Source: an uncultured Pseudomonadales bacterium (GTDB lineage: Bacteria; Patescibacteriota; Microgenomatia; UBA1400; PJMF01). From it: a stretch of 64,000 bases of DNA. The notes under the pieces are model-generated. The model was given only the letters and a program-made list of their open reading frames with translations. It did not search any database and was not told where the DNA came from. Location of the stretch: contig CAZUHV010000002.1 of NCBI GenBank assembly GCA_964620965.1, forward strand, positions 48,863 to 112,862. The letters are read 5' to 3'. A program made the position numbers and the translations under genes. Below, in pieces: positions 19,141 to 28,375 of this stretch (its first letter is position 1; each line of letters begins with the position of its first letter).

Positions 19141-21138
19141 ATGCTAGAAAAAGAGAACTTAGTTGATTCGTTTGAATATGGAATGGATGAAACCTCGCCA
19201 GAAAGTGTCGAAGATTCCTCTGTAAATATTTCACCTGAAAAAACAAACAAATTTAAGCAATTCATCTCTGGATTAAAACAAAAACCAGCCTTAGTTGTTG
19301 TTTTAGGTATCTTTTTACTACTCACACTTTTTACTACTATTGCAGGCGTTTATACCTATTCTGTAGTAAAAGAACTGCAAGCTCAGGCTCTTCCTCTAAA
19401 AGACAAAGTCCGTACAACATATGATCTGTTCAAAGCACAAAACCTACCAGAAGCTGAAAAAACACTCAATGAAATTGATACAGAATTCCAGGCTGTAAAG
19501 CAAACATATAGTAAATTAGGTTTTTACTCATATATTCCAATTGCAAAAAATTACTATGCAGACGGCCTACATGGACTAAACGCTGCACAAGCTGGTCTTT
19601 CTGCAGGTAAACGTTCGATAGCAGCAATTACGCCATATGCAGATGTTCTTGGGTTTTCTGGAGTTGAGTTTACTGGAGGAACAACTGAAGATCGACTTAA
19701 AGTTATACTAGAAACACTCGATAAAGTAGCACCAATCCTTGATGAAATCAGTGTAGATCTTGAAACAGTTAAAACTGAACTCGCCGCAATCAACCCACAA
19801 AGATACCCAGAGACAGTTAAAGATATACCAATTAGACAATATGTTGTAACAGCTCAAGAACTAAGCGCAGGAGCAGCAAATGCACTTGTTGAATACAGAC
19901 CTGTTATTGAAAAATTACCTAGAGTTGCAGGGGCTGGGGGTGAAACCCAAAAATACTTAATTCTCTTCCAAAATGATAATGAACTACGCCCAACAGGAGG
20001 ATTCCTTACTGCTTACGCGGTTATCAACATTACAGATGGTAAAGTTGAAGCTAGACAATCCGATGATATCTATGAATTAGATAAAAAGTTCACCAAAAAG
20101 ATTGCTATTCCAGAAGAATTGGGAAGATATTTAACAACAGAAAAATACTGGAACTTAAGAGACATGAATATTTCACCAGACTTTAAAGTTTCTATGGATA
20201 CATTCTATGAAAACTACCAAACCGTTCCTGGAGAACCAGAAGAAATTACTGGTATTATTGCCGTTGATACCCACTTCCTTACCAACCTCATGAATGTTCT
20301 TGGACCTGTTGAAGTACCAGGATATGGTACCTTTAGTGCACAAAACGATCCTCGTTGTGACTGTCCACAAATTATCTATGTCCTTTCTGAAATTATCACA
20401 AGACCAACTCCATACTTAAGAGAAGATAGAAAAGGTATCTTAGGCCCACTTATGAGAGCACTGCTTACAAAAGCATATGCTGCAGAAAAACAAACCTGGC
20501 CAGAACTTTTCAAAACTGGGTTTGAGAGCATCCAAAATAAACACGCTCAGTTCTATTTCTTTGACGAAGAAACTCAAAAGGCTGCCGAATTAGCTGCTGT
20601 TGCTGGAAGAATGAACCCACCTGAAAATGGAGAAGACTTCTTGGGAATCATCAATGCAAACTTAGCTGGAGCAAAATCAAATCTGTTTGTTACGTATGAG
20701 GTAAAGCAAGTTATAGCAGAAGCTCCTGTTGATGGCATGTTGACTAAAACAGTCGAAATTACCTATAAAAACACTCACAAAGCAGATAACTGTAACCTTG
20801 AAGCAGGCTTGCTCTGTTTGAACTCAACTTTAAAAGACTGGACGAGAATCTATGTGCCACAAGGATCTAAACTTGTCGAAGCACAAGGTTTCCTTGAAGA
20901 GGCAAAAGTGTATGATGAAAACGGATTCACTGTAATTGATGGATTCTTTACACTCGAACCTCTTGGATCTGCAAAACTTTCGTTTACCTACAAAGTGCCT
21001 TATGAAAATACTGCAGACTATAAAGTAAATATCTGGAAACAAGGTGGAATTGAGTCTTTCCAAAGTCTTATGGATGTTACTGGAGGCCAAGAAATCATTG
21101 AAGTCAAAAAAGATACTGCTTACGAAACGTTCTTCTAG
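19141..21138 (+). CDS. DUF4012-type membrane-anchored protein
   Basis: N-terminal TM; YLILFQNDNELRPTGGF, RDMNISPDF, GIIAVD. Confidence 0.8.
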   Translation: MLEKENLVDSFEYGMDETSPESVEDSSVNISPEKTNKFKQFISGLKQKPALVVVLGIFLLLTLFTTIAGVYTYSVVKELQAQALPLKDKVRTTYDLFKAQNLPEAEKTLNEIDTEFQAVKQTYSKLGFYSYIPIAKNYYADGLHGLNAAQAGLSAGKRSIAAITPYADVLGFSGVEFTGGTTEDRLKVILETLDKVAPILDEISVDLETVKTELAAINPQRYPETVKDIPIRQYVVTAQELSAGAANALVEYRPVIEKLPRVAGAGGETQKYLILFQNDNELRPTGGFLTAYAVINITDGKVEARQSDDIYELDKKFTKKIAIPEELGRYLTTEKYWNLRDMNISPDFKVSMDTFYENYQTVPGEPEEITGIIAVDTHFLTNLMNVLGPVEVPGYGTFSAQNDPRCDCPQIIYVLSEIITRPTPYLREDRKGILGPLMRALLTKAYAAEKQTWPELFKTGFESIQNKHAQFYFFDEETQKAAELAAVAGRMNPPENGEDFLGIINANLAGAKSNLFVTYEVKQVIAEAPVDGMLTKTVEITYKNTHKADNCNLEAGLLCLNSTLKDWTRIYVPQGSKLVEAQGFLEEAKVYDENGFTVIDGFFTLEPLGSAKLSFTYKVPYENTADYKVNIWKQGGIESFQSLMDVTGGQEIIEVKKDTAYETFF

Positions 21139-21149
21139 ACTAAGTTGAT

Positions 21150-21548
21150 TTATCTAGTTGGATTAGCATTAATTTTTTCTTGAATTGCTAAACCTTCTTC
21201 TTGAGTCACACTAGTGTATGAACAAACAGTTCGTAAACCTCTGCCAGTAGTGCTATAAAAAACATACACAAACTGAGAGTCTGGTAAATCATGTTTTTCT
21301 ATTTTCATTTCATTACCTCTTCTTGTTTCTCTTGGAGCAGGGGGGAACACTATATGAAAACCACCATCACATGGAAAGAAAGCAGGATAGATTCCTTTAC
21401 GAATCATTTTTTCTAAACCACCAGGAGCACTCAACCGTCTCATGTACTCAGTTACAGGAGTTCTGTCTATTTTAGTAGCACCCTGCAAAAAAACAGACAA
21501 CTCTGTTGGAGTAAAAACTCTTGCTTTTGACTCTGTTGTAGTTTTCAT
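21150..21548 (-). CDS. Hypothetical protein
   Basis: 132-aa ORF with GGAGG RBS. Confidence 0.6.
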   Translation of the reverse strand: MKTTTESKARVFTPTELSVFLQGATKIDRTPVTEYMRRLSAPGGLEKMIRKGIYPAFFPCDGGFHIVFPPAPRETRRGNEMKIEKHDLPDSQFVYVFYSTTGRGLRTVCSYTSVTQEEGLAIQEKINANPTR

Positions 21549-21558
21549 TACAACCTCC

Positions 21559-21972
21559 TTATTTTTGATATCTGCTGTTATGCTTTCTAACCGCAGCCTG
21601 TTTACCTGTTTGTAATAAACGAGTTTTCACTTTTTTTCTTAAATCATCAGCTCTCTCTTTGTCTAAAACAATAGAAACACAATGGTATAACTGGCCATCA
21701 ACTAATAATAAATATTCGCCATTCTTGTGTACAATTTTTCCGTTTTCACCAAAAGGAACTGCTGGGAACACAGCTCTAAAATTTTTACCTTCAGAAATAA
21801 TAACTGGAGCTACATCACGATCGACCATTTGATACACTCTTGCCCAGTTTCTAATCCAGTCTTCATAATCTTCTGGCTGGTTGTCATCAACAGTAAGAAT
21901 TTCTGCCGTTTCCAATATAAGTTCAGTTTGTGCACCTGTTTCTACTTGTGCTGTTCCTGTATGAGTTTTCAT
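21559..21972 (-). CDS. Hypothetical protein
   Basis: 137-aa ORF with AAGGA RBS. Confidence 0.6.
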   Translation of the reverse strand: MKTHTGTAQVETGAQTELILETAEILTVDDNQPEDYEDWIRNWARVYQMVDRDVAPVIISEGKNFRAVFPAVPFGENGKIVHKNGEYLLLVDGQLYHCVSIVLDKERADDLRKKVKTRLLQTGKQAAVRKHNSRYQK

Positions 21973-22080
21973 AAATCTAATCCTTTTTTTTGAACTATAT
22001 ATATACCTTTATAGCACATAATAATACAAAGAGTGTAGTTCGTCTATACTATTCATCAAAAACAATTTATAGTTACAGTT

Positions 22081-22626
22081 GTGAAAGACAACTCCTTTAC
22101 TACAACTGCAATTGTTTTGAAAAGAACCAATGTTGGTGAAACAGATAGAATTATTAACCTTCTGACACAAGAATATGGTAAGTTCACAGTGGTTGCAAAA
22201 GGGGTTAGAAAAATGAAATCTACCAAGAGAGCTTTTCTTGAACCAGGCAATATCATCAAAGCTTTCTGCATTAGAACAAAATCATTACCACTGCTAACAC
22301 AAGCTTCACTCATACAAGATTGCTCAGAAATGCAGCAAAACCTTGCAGCGTTTAGATCCCTCAATCAACTGCTTGAAATTTTTGAAAAGCTTTTTGTAGA
22401 AATTGAACTTGAACCAGAAATCTTTAATGCAATTTTGCTTTTACGAAAACAAGTTGTTGCCGGAAAAGCTCCTGCTAAATTCGTAAGAGACACCTTGAGT
22501 GAAATTATCGTACAAATGGGATTCCAGCACCCAGAAGAATCAAAATATAAAACAATTTCTGATTATGTCGCAGCACTTTCTGATAGCAAGATGAGAAGCT
22601 ATGAATTCCTACAAGTGAAAGTATGA
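22081..22626 (+). CDS. recO: DNA repair protein RecO
   Basis: AIVLKR..GETDRIINLLTQEYGK..AKGVRK. Confidence 0.88.
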   Translation: MKDNSFTTTAIVLKRTNVGETDRIINLLTQEYGKFTVVAKGVRKMKSTKRAFLEPGNIIKAFCIRTKSLPLLTQASLIQDCSEMQQNLAAFRSLNQLLEIFEKLFVEIELEPEIFNAILLLRKQVVAGKAPAKFVRDTLSEIIVQMGFQHPEESKYKTISDYVAALSDSKMRSYEFLQVKV

Positions 22627-23957
22627 AACAAAAATTAATTCTTTTTATACTGGCATATTTTAGATTTTTTGCAAAATTGCAATTGAAAAAAATTAACCCA
22701 ATAGTCATTGGAGTTACTGGAAGCGCTGGAAAAACAAGTACAAGAGATGCAATCTATGCTGTTTTGAAACCAGAATTTAAAGTAAAAGTAAGTTATAAAG
22801 CTAACTCAGAAAGTGGAATTCCTTTAAATATTCTTGGACTTACTCCAGTTAATTTTTCTCTGTTTGAATGGCTCAAATTAATAATTCTTTGCCCAATAAA
22901 ACTACTTACCAACTGGAAAAAATATGACATTTATCTTGTAGAAATGGGAATTGATAGCCCAAATAAACCAAAAAATATGGAGTATCTCTTAACCATTCTA
23001 AAACCAAACATTAGCATTATTTTAAATGCTGCTCCAATGCACTCAGAACCTTTTGATTACTTGGTAAATACTACAGACCCACAGAAGCGTGCAAAACAAA
23101 TTACCAAACTCATTGCTCAAGAAAAAGGTAGGATCGTTACAGACATTGATTCAAATCAAACTGCTATTGTGAATATAGATCAACAAGAACTTATAGAGTT
23201 ATTGCCAAATGTTTCAGCACAACTGTTGAGTTTTGGAAAAAGTGCAGATGCCGATATTGCAATCAAAAAATATGAAATAGATTCGTTAGGAACTCAGTTT
23301 TATTTTAATGTAGAGGAAAAAAAAGTAGTATTAGAGTTTAAAAATCAACTCTTGCCAGAACATTTTGGACATACTTTCGCTGCGGCAATCGCAGTAGGGT
23401 TTTCACTAAAAATACCTTTAGAAAAAATTAAAAATAACTTGGAAAATAATTTTAAACTACCTGCCGGCAGATCTAGTTTAATTGCAGGAATAAACAACAG
23501 TTTACTCATAGACAGCACGTATAATGCAAGCACAAAACCAATGTTAGATATGTTAGAACTGCTTAAAAAAATTCCAGGAAACAGAAAATTTGCACTTTTA
23601 GGAGATATGAGAGAAATGGGACAGGTTGCTCAAATTGAACATGAAACAGTTGCAAAAAAAGCTACAGAGGTCTGTGACCAAATTTTTCTAGTGGGACCAC
23701 AAATGAAAGAATTTGCGCTCCCAAAAATTCAAGAAACAAAAATACCTGTACAATGGTTTGAAACTGCCTATCAGGCTGGAAATTATATAAAAACAATTCT
23801 CAAAAAAGATGATGTGGTGTTATTTAAGGCGTCCCAAAATACACTGTTTTTGGAAACTGCAGTAGAACTGCTTATGGCACATCCCGATCAAGCAAAGATA
23901 CTGCTAGCTAGAAGAGGAGCTTTTTGGGATAAAAAACGAGCAGAGTATAAAAAATAA
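22623..23957 (+). CDS. murF: UDP-MurNAc-tripeptide D-Ala-D-Ala ligase
   Basis: IGVTGSAGKTST, DSTYNA, LGDMREMG, VLFKASQ. Confidence 0.85.
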   Translation: MKQKLILFILAYFRFFAKLQLKKINPIVIGVTGSAGKTSTRDAIYAVLKPEFKVKVSYKANSESGIPLNILGLTPVNFSLFEWLKLIILCPIKLLTNWKKYDIYLVEMGIDSPNKPKNMEYLLTILKPNISIILNAAPMHSEPFDYLVNTTDPQKRAKQITKLIAQEKGRIVTDIDSNQTAIVNIDQQELIELLPNVSAQLLSFGKSADADIAIKKYEIDSLGTQFYFNVEEKKVVLEFKNQLLPEHFGHTFAAAIAVGFSLKIPLEKIKNNLENNFKLPAGRSSLIAGINNSLLIDSTYNASTKPMLDMLELLKKIPGNRKFALLGDMREMGQVAQIEHETVAKKATEVCDQIFLVGPQMKEFALPKIQETKIPVQWFETAYQAGNYIKTILKKDDVVLFKASQNTLFLETAVELLMAHPDQAKILLARRGAFWDKKRAEYKK

Positions 23958-23964
23958 CTCACTG

Positions 23965-24150
23965 TGCTATAATCAACCTACAATTGAAGATTGTTTGAGT
24001 CCTTTGGCAAGGCAACCGTTTTAAACAAAAATGGTACAACAAACAAAATAAAGTGCGATTGCAAACATCTATTACAGGTAAAAAGCAACGAACTAGGGTG
24101 GAACCGCCCGGTAGGGTCCCTAACACAGTATGTGTTTGGGGCTTTTTTTA
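23965..24150 (+). promoter_or_regulatory. Extended -10 promoter plus Gly T-box riboswitch
   Basis: TGCTATAAT; T-box AACTAGGGTGGAACCGCCC at 24091-24109; antiterminator TAGGG/CCCTA and GCCC/GGGT; terminator ending in T-run at about 24149; GGC at 24006 and 24011. Confidence 0.85.
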
Positions 24151-24252
24151 TTTCGGGTCCAACTTTTTTGAAAAAAAAGTTGTAGACACGAAATATGCAC
24201 AGCGCAGACTCTCCTTTTTTCAGAAAAAAGGAGTAAGTACATAAGATGCAAC
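24149..24252. repeat. Structured two-hairpin element, copy A (copy B at 63301-63409)
   Basis: Colinear similarity with compensatory base changes. Confidence 0.7.
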
Positions 24253-24317
24253 GCTATTGATGCAACACTATCCCAAACTCATACAAAACTTGGTAATATG
24301 TACATATAAAGGAAAAT

Positions 24318-25733
24318 ATGTCAGAACACACACAACCAACATTAGATGAAATTGTTAGCCTTTGTAAAAGAAGGGGGTTTGTCTATCCAACTTCCGCTAT
24401 TTATGGTGGGCTCGCCAATTCTTATGATTATGGTCCATTAGGAAGTCAACTACTTAAAAACATCAAGGATGCATGGTGGAAAGAATTTATAAATAAACGA
24501 ACTGATATGGTTGGCTTAGATTCTCAAATACTTTTACATCCAGAAACTTGGGTTGCATCTGGCCATGTTGGATCTTTTTCTGACCCACTCGTAGATGATC
24601 TTGTTACAAAAAAAAGATATAGAGCAGATCATCTCATTGAAGACTGGATTAAAAAACAAAAAAACGCTGGCTCTACAGAGTTTGATAATTTTGTGATTGA
24701 AGATCTTTCTATTTCTGAAATGGCTGAATTTATTAAAAGTCATAACATCACTAGCCCAGATGGTAATCCAATTAGTGAACCAAAAGCATTTAATCTTTTA
24801 TTTGAAACTGCAATTGGAACTGTTGCAGGCGACAAGGCAAAGGTATATCTTCGTGGTGAAACAGCACAAGGAATTTTCACTAACTTCAAGCAAATTCTTG
24901 ATACGAGTAGAGTGCAACTTCCATTTGGAGTTGGGCAAATGGGTAAGAGTTTTAGAAACGAAATTACAACGGGTCAGTTTATTTTCAGAACCCTTGAATT
25001 TGAACAAGCAGAGATTGAATACTTCTTCAATCCAAACCAAACCAACTGGGAAGAACTTATGCAGTCATGGAAAGACGCAATGGGGCATTTTGTCACTAAA
25101 ACTCTTGGAGTACGAGAAGAAAATGTCCGCTGGAGACGTCATTCAGATAGCGAAAGAAGCTTTTATAGTAAAGATACCTATGATCTAGATTATAATTTTT
25201 CATTTGGTTGGAAAGAACTTTGGGGAATTGCATATAGGACCGATTATGACCTAAAACAACACGTCAAACATTCTGGTGAAAAGCTTGAATATAGAGATCC
25301 ACATACAAATGAAGTCTTTACTCCACATGTTATCGAACCAGCACTTGGTATTGCTAGAGCCTTTTTAATGGTTATGACAGATGCATATTGGTTTGATGCA
25401 GAAAAAAATAGAACTGTTTTAAAACTAAAATCAAACTTAGCTCCATATAAAGTTGCAGTCTTTCCACTACTTAAAAATAAACCAGAACTTGTTACAAAAG
25501 CTCAATCTGTTTTCAGCCAACTTTCAGAAAAGTTTGAGACACTCTGGGATGATCGTGGCAATATTGGAAAACGCTATTTGTATCAAGATGAAATTGGAAC
25601 TCCATTTTGTGTAACCGTTGATTTTGAAACATTAGAAAATGATACTGTTACACTACGAGATAGAGATACAGCCGAGCAAATCAGAGTTTCAATCCAAGAT
25701 CTTGAAAGCCATATCTCATCCATGCTAGAGTAA
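24318..25733 (+). CDS. glyQS: Glycine--tRNA ligase (alpha2 type)
   Basis: LCKRRGF, YDYGPLG, YLRGETAQG, FRNEIT, VIEPALG, QDEIGTPF. Confidence 0.97.
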   Translation: MSEHTQPTLDEIVSLCKRRGFVYPTSAIYGGLANSYDYGPLGSQLLKNIKDAWWKEFINKRTDMVGLDSQILLHPETWVASGHVGSFSDPLVDDLVTKKRYRADHLIEDWIKKQKNAGSTEFDNFVIEDLSISEMAEFIKSHNITSPDGNPISEPKAFNLLFETAIGTVAGDKAKVYLRGETAQGIFTNFKQILDTSRVQLPFGVGQMGKSFRNEITTGQFIFRTLEFEQAEIEYFFNPNQTNWEELMQSWKDAMGHFVTKTLGVREENVRWRRHSDSERSFYSKDTYDLDYNFSFGWKELWGIAYRTDYDLKQHVKHSGEKLEYRDPHTNEVFTPHVIEPALGIARAFLMVMTDAYWFDAEKNRTVLKLKSNLAPYKVAVFPLLKNKPELVTKAQSVFSQLSEKFETLWDDRGNIGKRYLYQDEIGTPFCVTVDFETLENDTVTLRDRDTAEQIRVSIQDLESHISSMLE

Positions 25734-25770
25734 TACAGCGTCCAAAAGTAGAAAGTATCGATAAGGATAT

Positions 25771-26565
25771 ATGAATAAAAAATTAGTACCAATTATCGGT
25801 GTAATCCTTCTTGTTCTTGTTGGAGGAATCTTCTTCCTAACAAGAGGAGAAAAAAGCTCTACACCACAAGAAGACACTTCACTTAAAAAAAGAAAAATCT
25901 CCGAACCAGTTAACGTCATTGATTTTGCAGAGAGGCCATATATTTTGGTCACTCCAAACACAGATGGCAGAAACCTAACAATCTCTGTTGATGCACTTAA
26001 AAAAGATGCAACAGAAGTTGAGTATGAACTTGAATATAAGTCTGGTTCATTACAACAAGGCGTTTTTGGTTCACTCAGTTTGTCTTCAATGCCAGCTTCA
26101 ACAAAACAGTTGATGGGTAGCTGTAGTGCTGGTGGTTCTTGTACCTATCATGAGGATGTTACAGGAGGAACTTTGGTCACCAGATTTATTGCAAGTGAAA
26201 ACTATGCATTAAAAACAGAGTGGAGATATATCGAAAATACAGAACAAGAAGATGAAATGGGATCTACAGATGCTAAATTCCAAATAACGTCCTCAAGCTT
26301 AAAAGGGGTAAAAATCGCTGTTATTGGAGATGCTTCTGGATTACCAGAAAAAGTAAAGGGTGATGTCGTTTCTGCACCTTATTACTTATCAACAGTCCCA
26401 GAAGTTTCTGGTAAAGCTGAACTCACAATGAGAGCTAATGAAGAAGGCGATCTCAAAGTCATGGGTTGGGACGGTTCAAAATGGCATGAATTCTCAGGAA
26501 CTGTAGATGGAAAATCTATCACAGCAGAAGTTGATCTTATGCAAGCATATATAGTTGTAAAATAA
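25771..26565 (+). CDS. Hypothetical exported protein
   Basis: N-terminal TM/signal; GSCSAGGSCTYHEDV. Confidence 0.75.
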   Translation: MNKKLVPIIGVILLVLVGGIFFLTRGEKSSTPQEDTSLKKRKISEPVNVIDFAERPYILVTPNTDGRNLTISVDALKKDATEVEYELEYKSGSLQQGVFGSLSLSSMPASTKQLMGSCSAGGSCTYHEDVTGGTLVTRFIASENYALKTEWRYIENTEQEDEMGSTDAKFQITSSSLKGVKIAVIGDASGLPEKVKGDVVSAPYYLSTVPEVSGKAELTMRANEEGDLKVMGWDGSKWHEFSGTVDGKSITAEVDLMQAYIVVK

Positions 26566-26586
26566 TTTTAATTGATAAGAAAGTGA

Positions 26587-26625
26587 AAAAGCCAATAAGC
26601 TATTAAAAAACTTATTGGCTTTTTT
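26587..26625 (+). terminator. Intrinsic terminator
   Basis: AAAAGCCAATAAG...CTTATTGGCTTTTTT. Confidence 0.8.
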
Positions 26626-26652
26626 AATAAAATTTGGTAAAATACACTAACT

Positions 26653-26862
26653 ATGGAACCAGATCCCTTACCTGAACCGAATACTTCGCTTCATTTAGAA
26701 GATACACAAATCACCAAAAAAGACATTGAAACTATTTTGGGAGTCTCTAAGAAAAGAACTAAAAGAAAATTATTATACTTGTTTTCTAAGCACGTAATTA
26801 TTGCTGTTGCAACTATAACAACCTTTATTTATTTTAGTTTTCACTATTTTGGATTGATATAA
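26653..26862 (+). CDS. Small protein with C-terminal TM helix
   Basis: 69-aa ORF; TAAAAT 9 nt upstream. Confidence 0.55.
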   Translation: MEPDPLPEPNTSLHLEDTQITKKDIETILGVSKKRTKRKLLYLFSKHVIIAVATITTFIYFSFHYFGLI

Positions 26863-26871
26863 AAAATCTAA

Positions 26872-27753
26872 CTAAAACTCTTCAGAGATAAACTTTTGCA
26901 ATTCTGATCTTAATTCTGGATTGTCTTTAGCAACTATTAAGTTTGCTTTCAGCCAGTTTAAAACATTCCCACCGTCTAGATATCTACCTTGAGGGGTATA
27001 TATAACAACAGAATCATTTTGAGCCAGCTGAGTTGCTGTATCTGTAATATAGTACTCGCCACTTTGTGGGTTTGGCTCTTGGTTTTTAAGCAACTCAAAA
27101 ATTTTTGGAGTGAAAATATATTTACTTATATTTATCAAATTTGATGGAGCAGTTCCTGGAGCAGGCTTTTCTATTAAATTCGTTAAAAAAGTATATCCAT
27201 TTTCTTGTTTTGTTTCTGCAACTCCGTAACGATATAATTCTTCTTCTGGTTTTGTAATACAAGTTGCAAGGCCTTGAGCGCCTGATTTTTCGAATAACTC
27301 AATCATTTCTTTTGCTTCAATAACATGAGGATTATAAATAAAGTCATCTCCCATAAATACTAAAAATGCCTCTTCGTCTTTTAAATACTTTTCTGCAATT
27401 TCCACTGGAACGGCAGTACCATACTTATCTGCAATTGTTTGAGTAATAAATCTAAACTTAATTTTTTCTGGTAAACCTAAATGAGCTTGGCTATACTTAT
27501 CACCTTTACCAAGTTTTTCCATGTGTTGCTTTAAAGACCTAGATTCTGAATAGTAATGCTGAACCAACTGATTTTCATTTTCTTTAACAACAAAAATAAT
27601 TTCTTCAATCCCTGCATCAATACAATCTTGAACCACATAATCAATCATTGGCCGGTTTAAAATTGGCAACATTTCTTTTTGAATAGTTTTAGAAACTGGT
27701 AAGAAACGAGTTCCAAAACCTGCTGCTGTAATAAGTGCTTTTCTGATTTTCAT
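26872..27753 (-). CDS. galU: UTP--glucose-1-phosphate uridylyltransferase
   Basis: MKIRKALITAAGFGTRFLP..KEMLP, IEKP; start reassigned to ATG 27753. Confidence 0.85.
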   Translation of the reverse strand: MKIRKALITAAGFGTRFLPVSKTIQKEMLPILNRPMIDYVVQDCIDAGIEEIIFVVKENENQLVQHYYSESRSLKQHMEKLGKGDKYSQAHLGLPEKIKFRFITQTIADKYGTAVPVEIAEKYLKDEEAFLVFMGDDFIYNPHVIEAKEMIELFEKSGAQGLATCITKPEEELYRYGVAETKQENGYTFLTNLIEKPAPGTAPSNLINISKYIFTPKIFELLKNQEPNPQSGEYYITDTATQLAQNDSVVIYTPQGRYLDGGNVLNWLKANLIVAKDNPELRSELQKFISEEF

Positions 27754-27912
27754 ATAAAGCTTTCTAAAGTAACAATATTTTGATTCTAAACTAAATTTAA
27801 TAAAAGACAAAATAAAGATTTCCAAATCAAAACTATAAGTCTAAAAAACCATATATTTTCGGGTATTTTGGGCGTTTGCAGTTAACCAGACATAAGTTAT
27901 ACTTCTTCTTGA

Positions 27913-27932
27913 TAGTGGTAAAAAATGGTAAA
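27913..27932 (+). promoter_or_regulatory. Probable MraZ-binding direct repeats
   Basis: GTGGTAAA / ATGGTAAA at 10-bp spacing just upstream of mraZ. Confidence 0.5.
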
Positions 27933-27949
27933 TAGGCCTGTAAAAACAA

Positions 27950-28375
27950 ATGTATATTGGTAAATATTACTACACATTAGAAGAAAAAGGCAGAATCTCT
28001 TTACCAAAAGAATTTAGACAAAAGAACAACTCTTGGGTTGTTACAAGAGGGTTAGATGGAGGACTTTTCTTATTTGAAGAATCCGATTTCCAAACTCAAC
28101 TTGAGTCACTTTTGTCTCGCACATTCACAAAGAAAAAAAATCGTGACTTTGTAAGGTTGCTCACTAATGAAGCAAAAGTAGTCACTCCAGACAAAAATGG
28201 TCGAGTACAACTGCCCGAGTACTTGATTTCTTTTGCAAAACTAGACAAATCAGTCGTTTTGGTCGGTTCCCTTGAAAAAGTTGAAATTTGGGATAGAGAT
28301 ACCTATCACAGTTACATAGATTCAATCGAATCAAAAGCAGAAGAAATTGCAGAAACACTGGAGGAAAATGAATAA
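27950..28375 (+). CDS. mraZ: Transcriptional regulator MraZ
   Basis: EEKGRISLPKEFR, DKNGRVQLP, VEIW. Confidence 0.95.
   Translation: MYIGKYYYTLEEKGRISLPKEFRQKNNSWVVTRGLDGGLFLFEESDFQTQLESLLSRTFTKKKNRDFVRLLTNEAKVVTPDKNGRVQLPEYLISFAKLDKSVVLVGSLEKVEIWDRDTYHSYIDSIESKAEEIAETLEENE

Noticed and set aside
23991-24244. Short ORFs 23991..24185 and 24053..24244
   Set aside because: They overlap the Gly T-box and the structured element, with no coding signature
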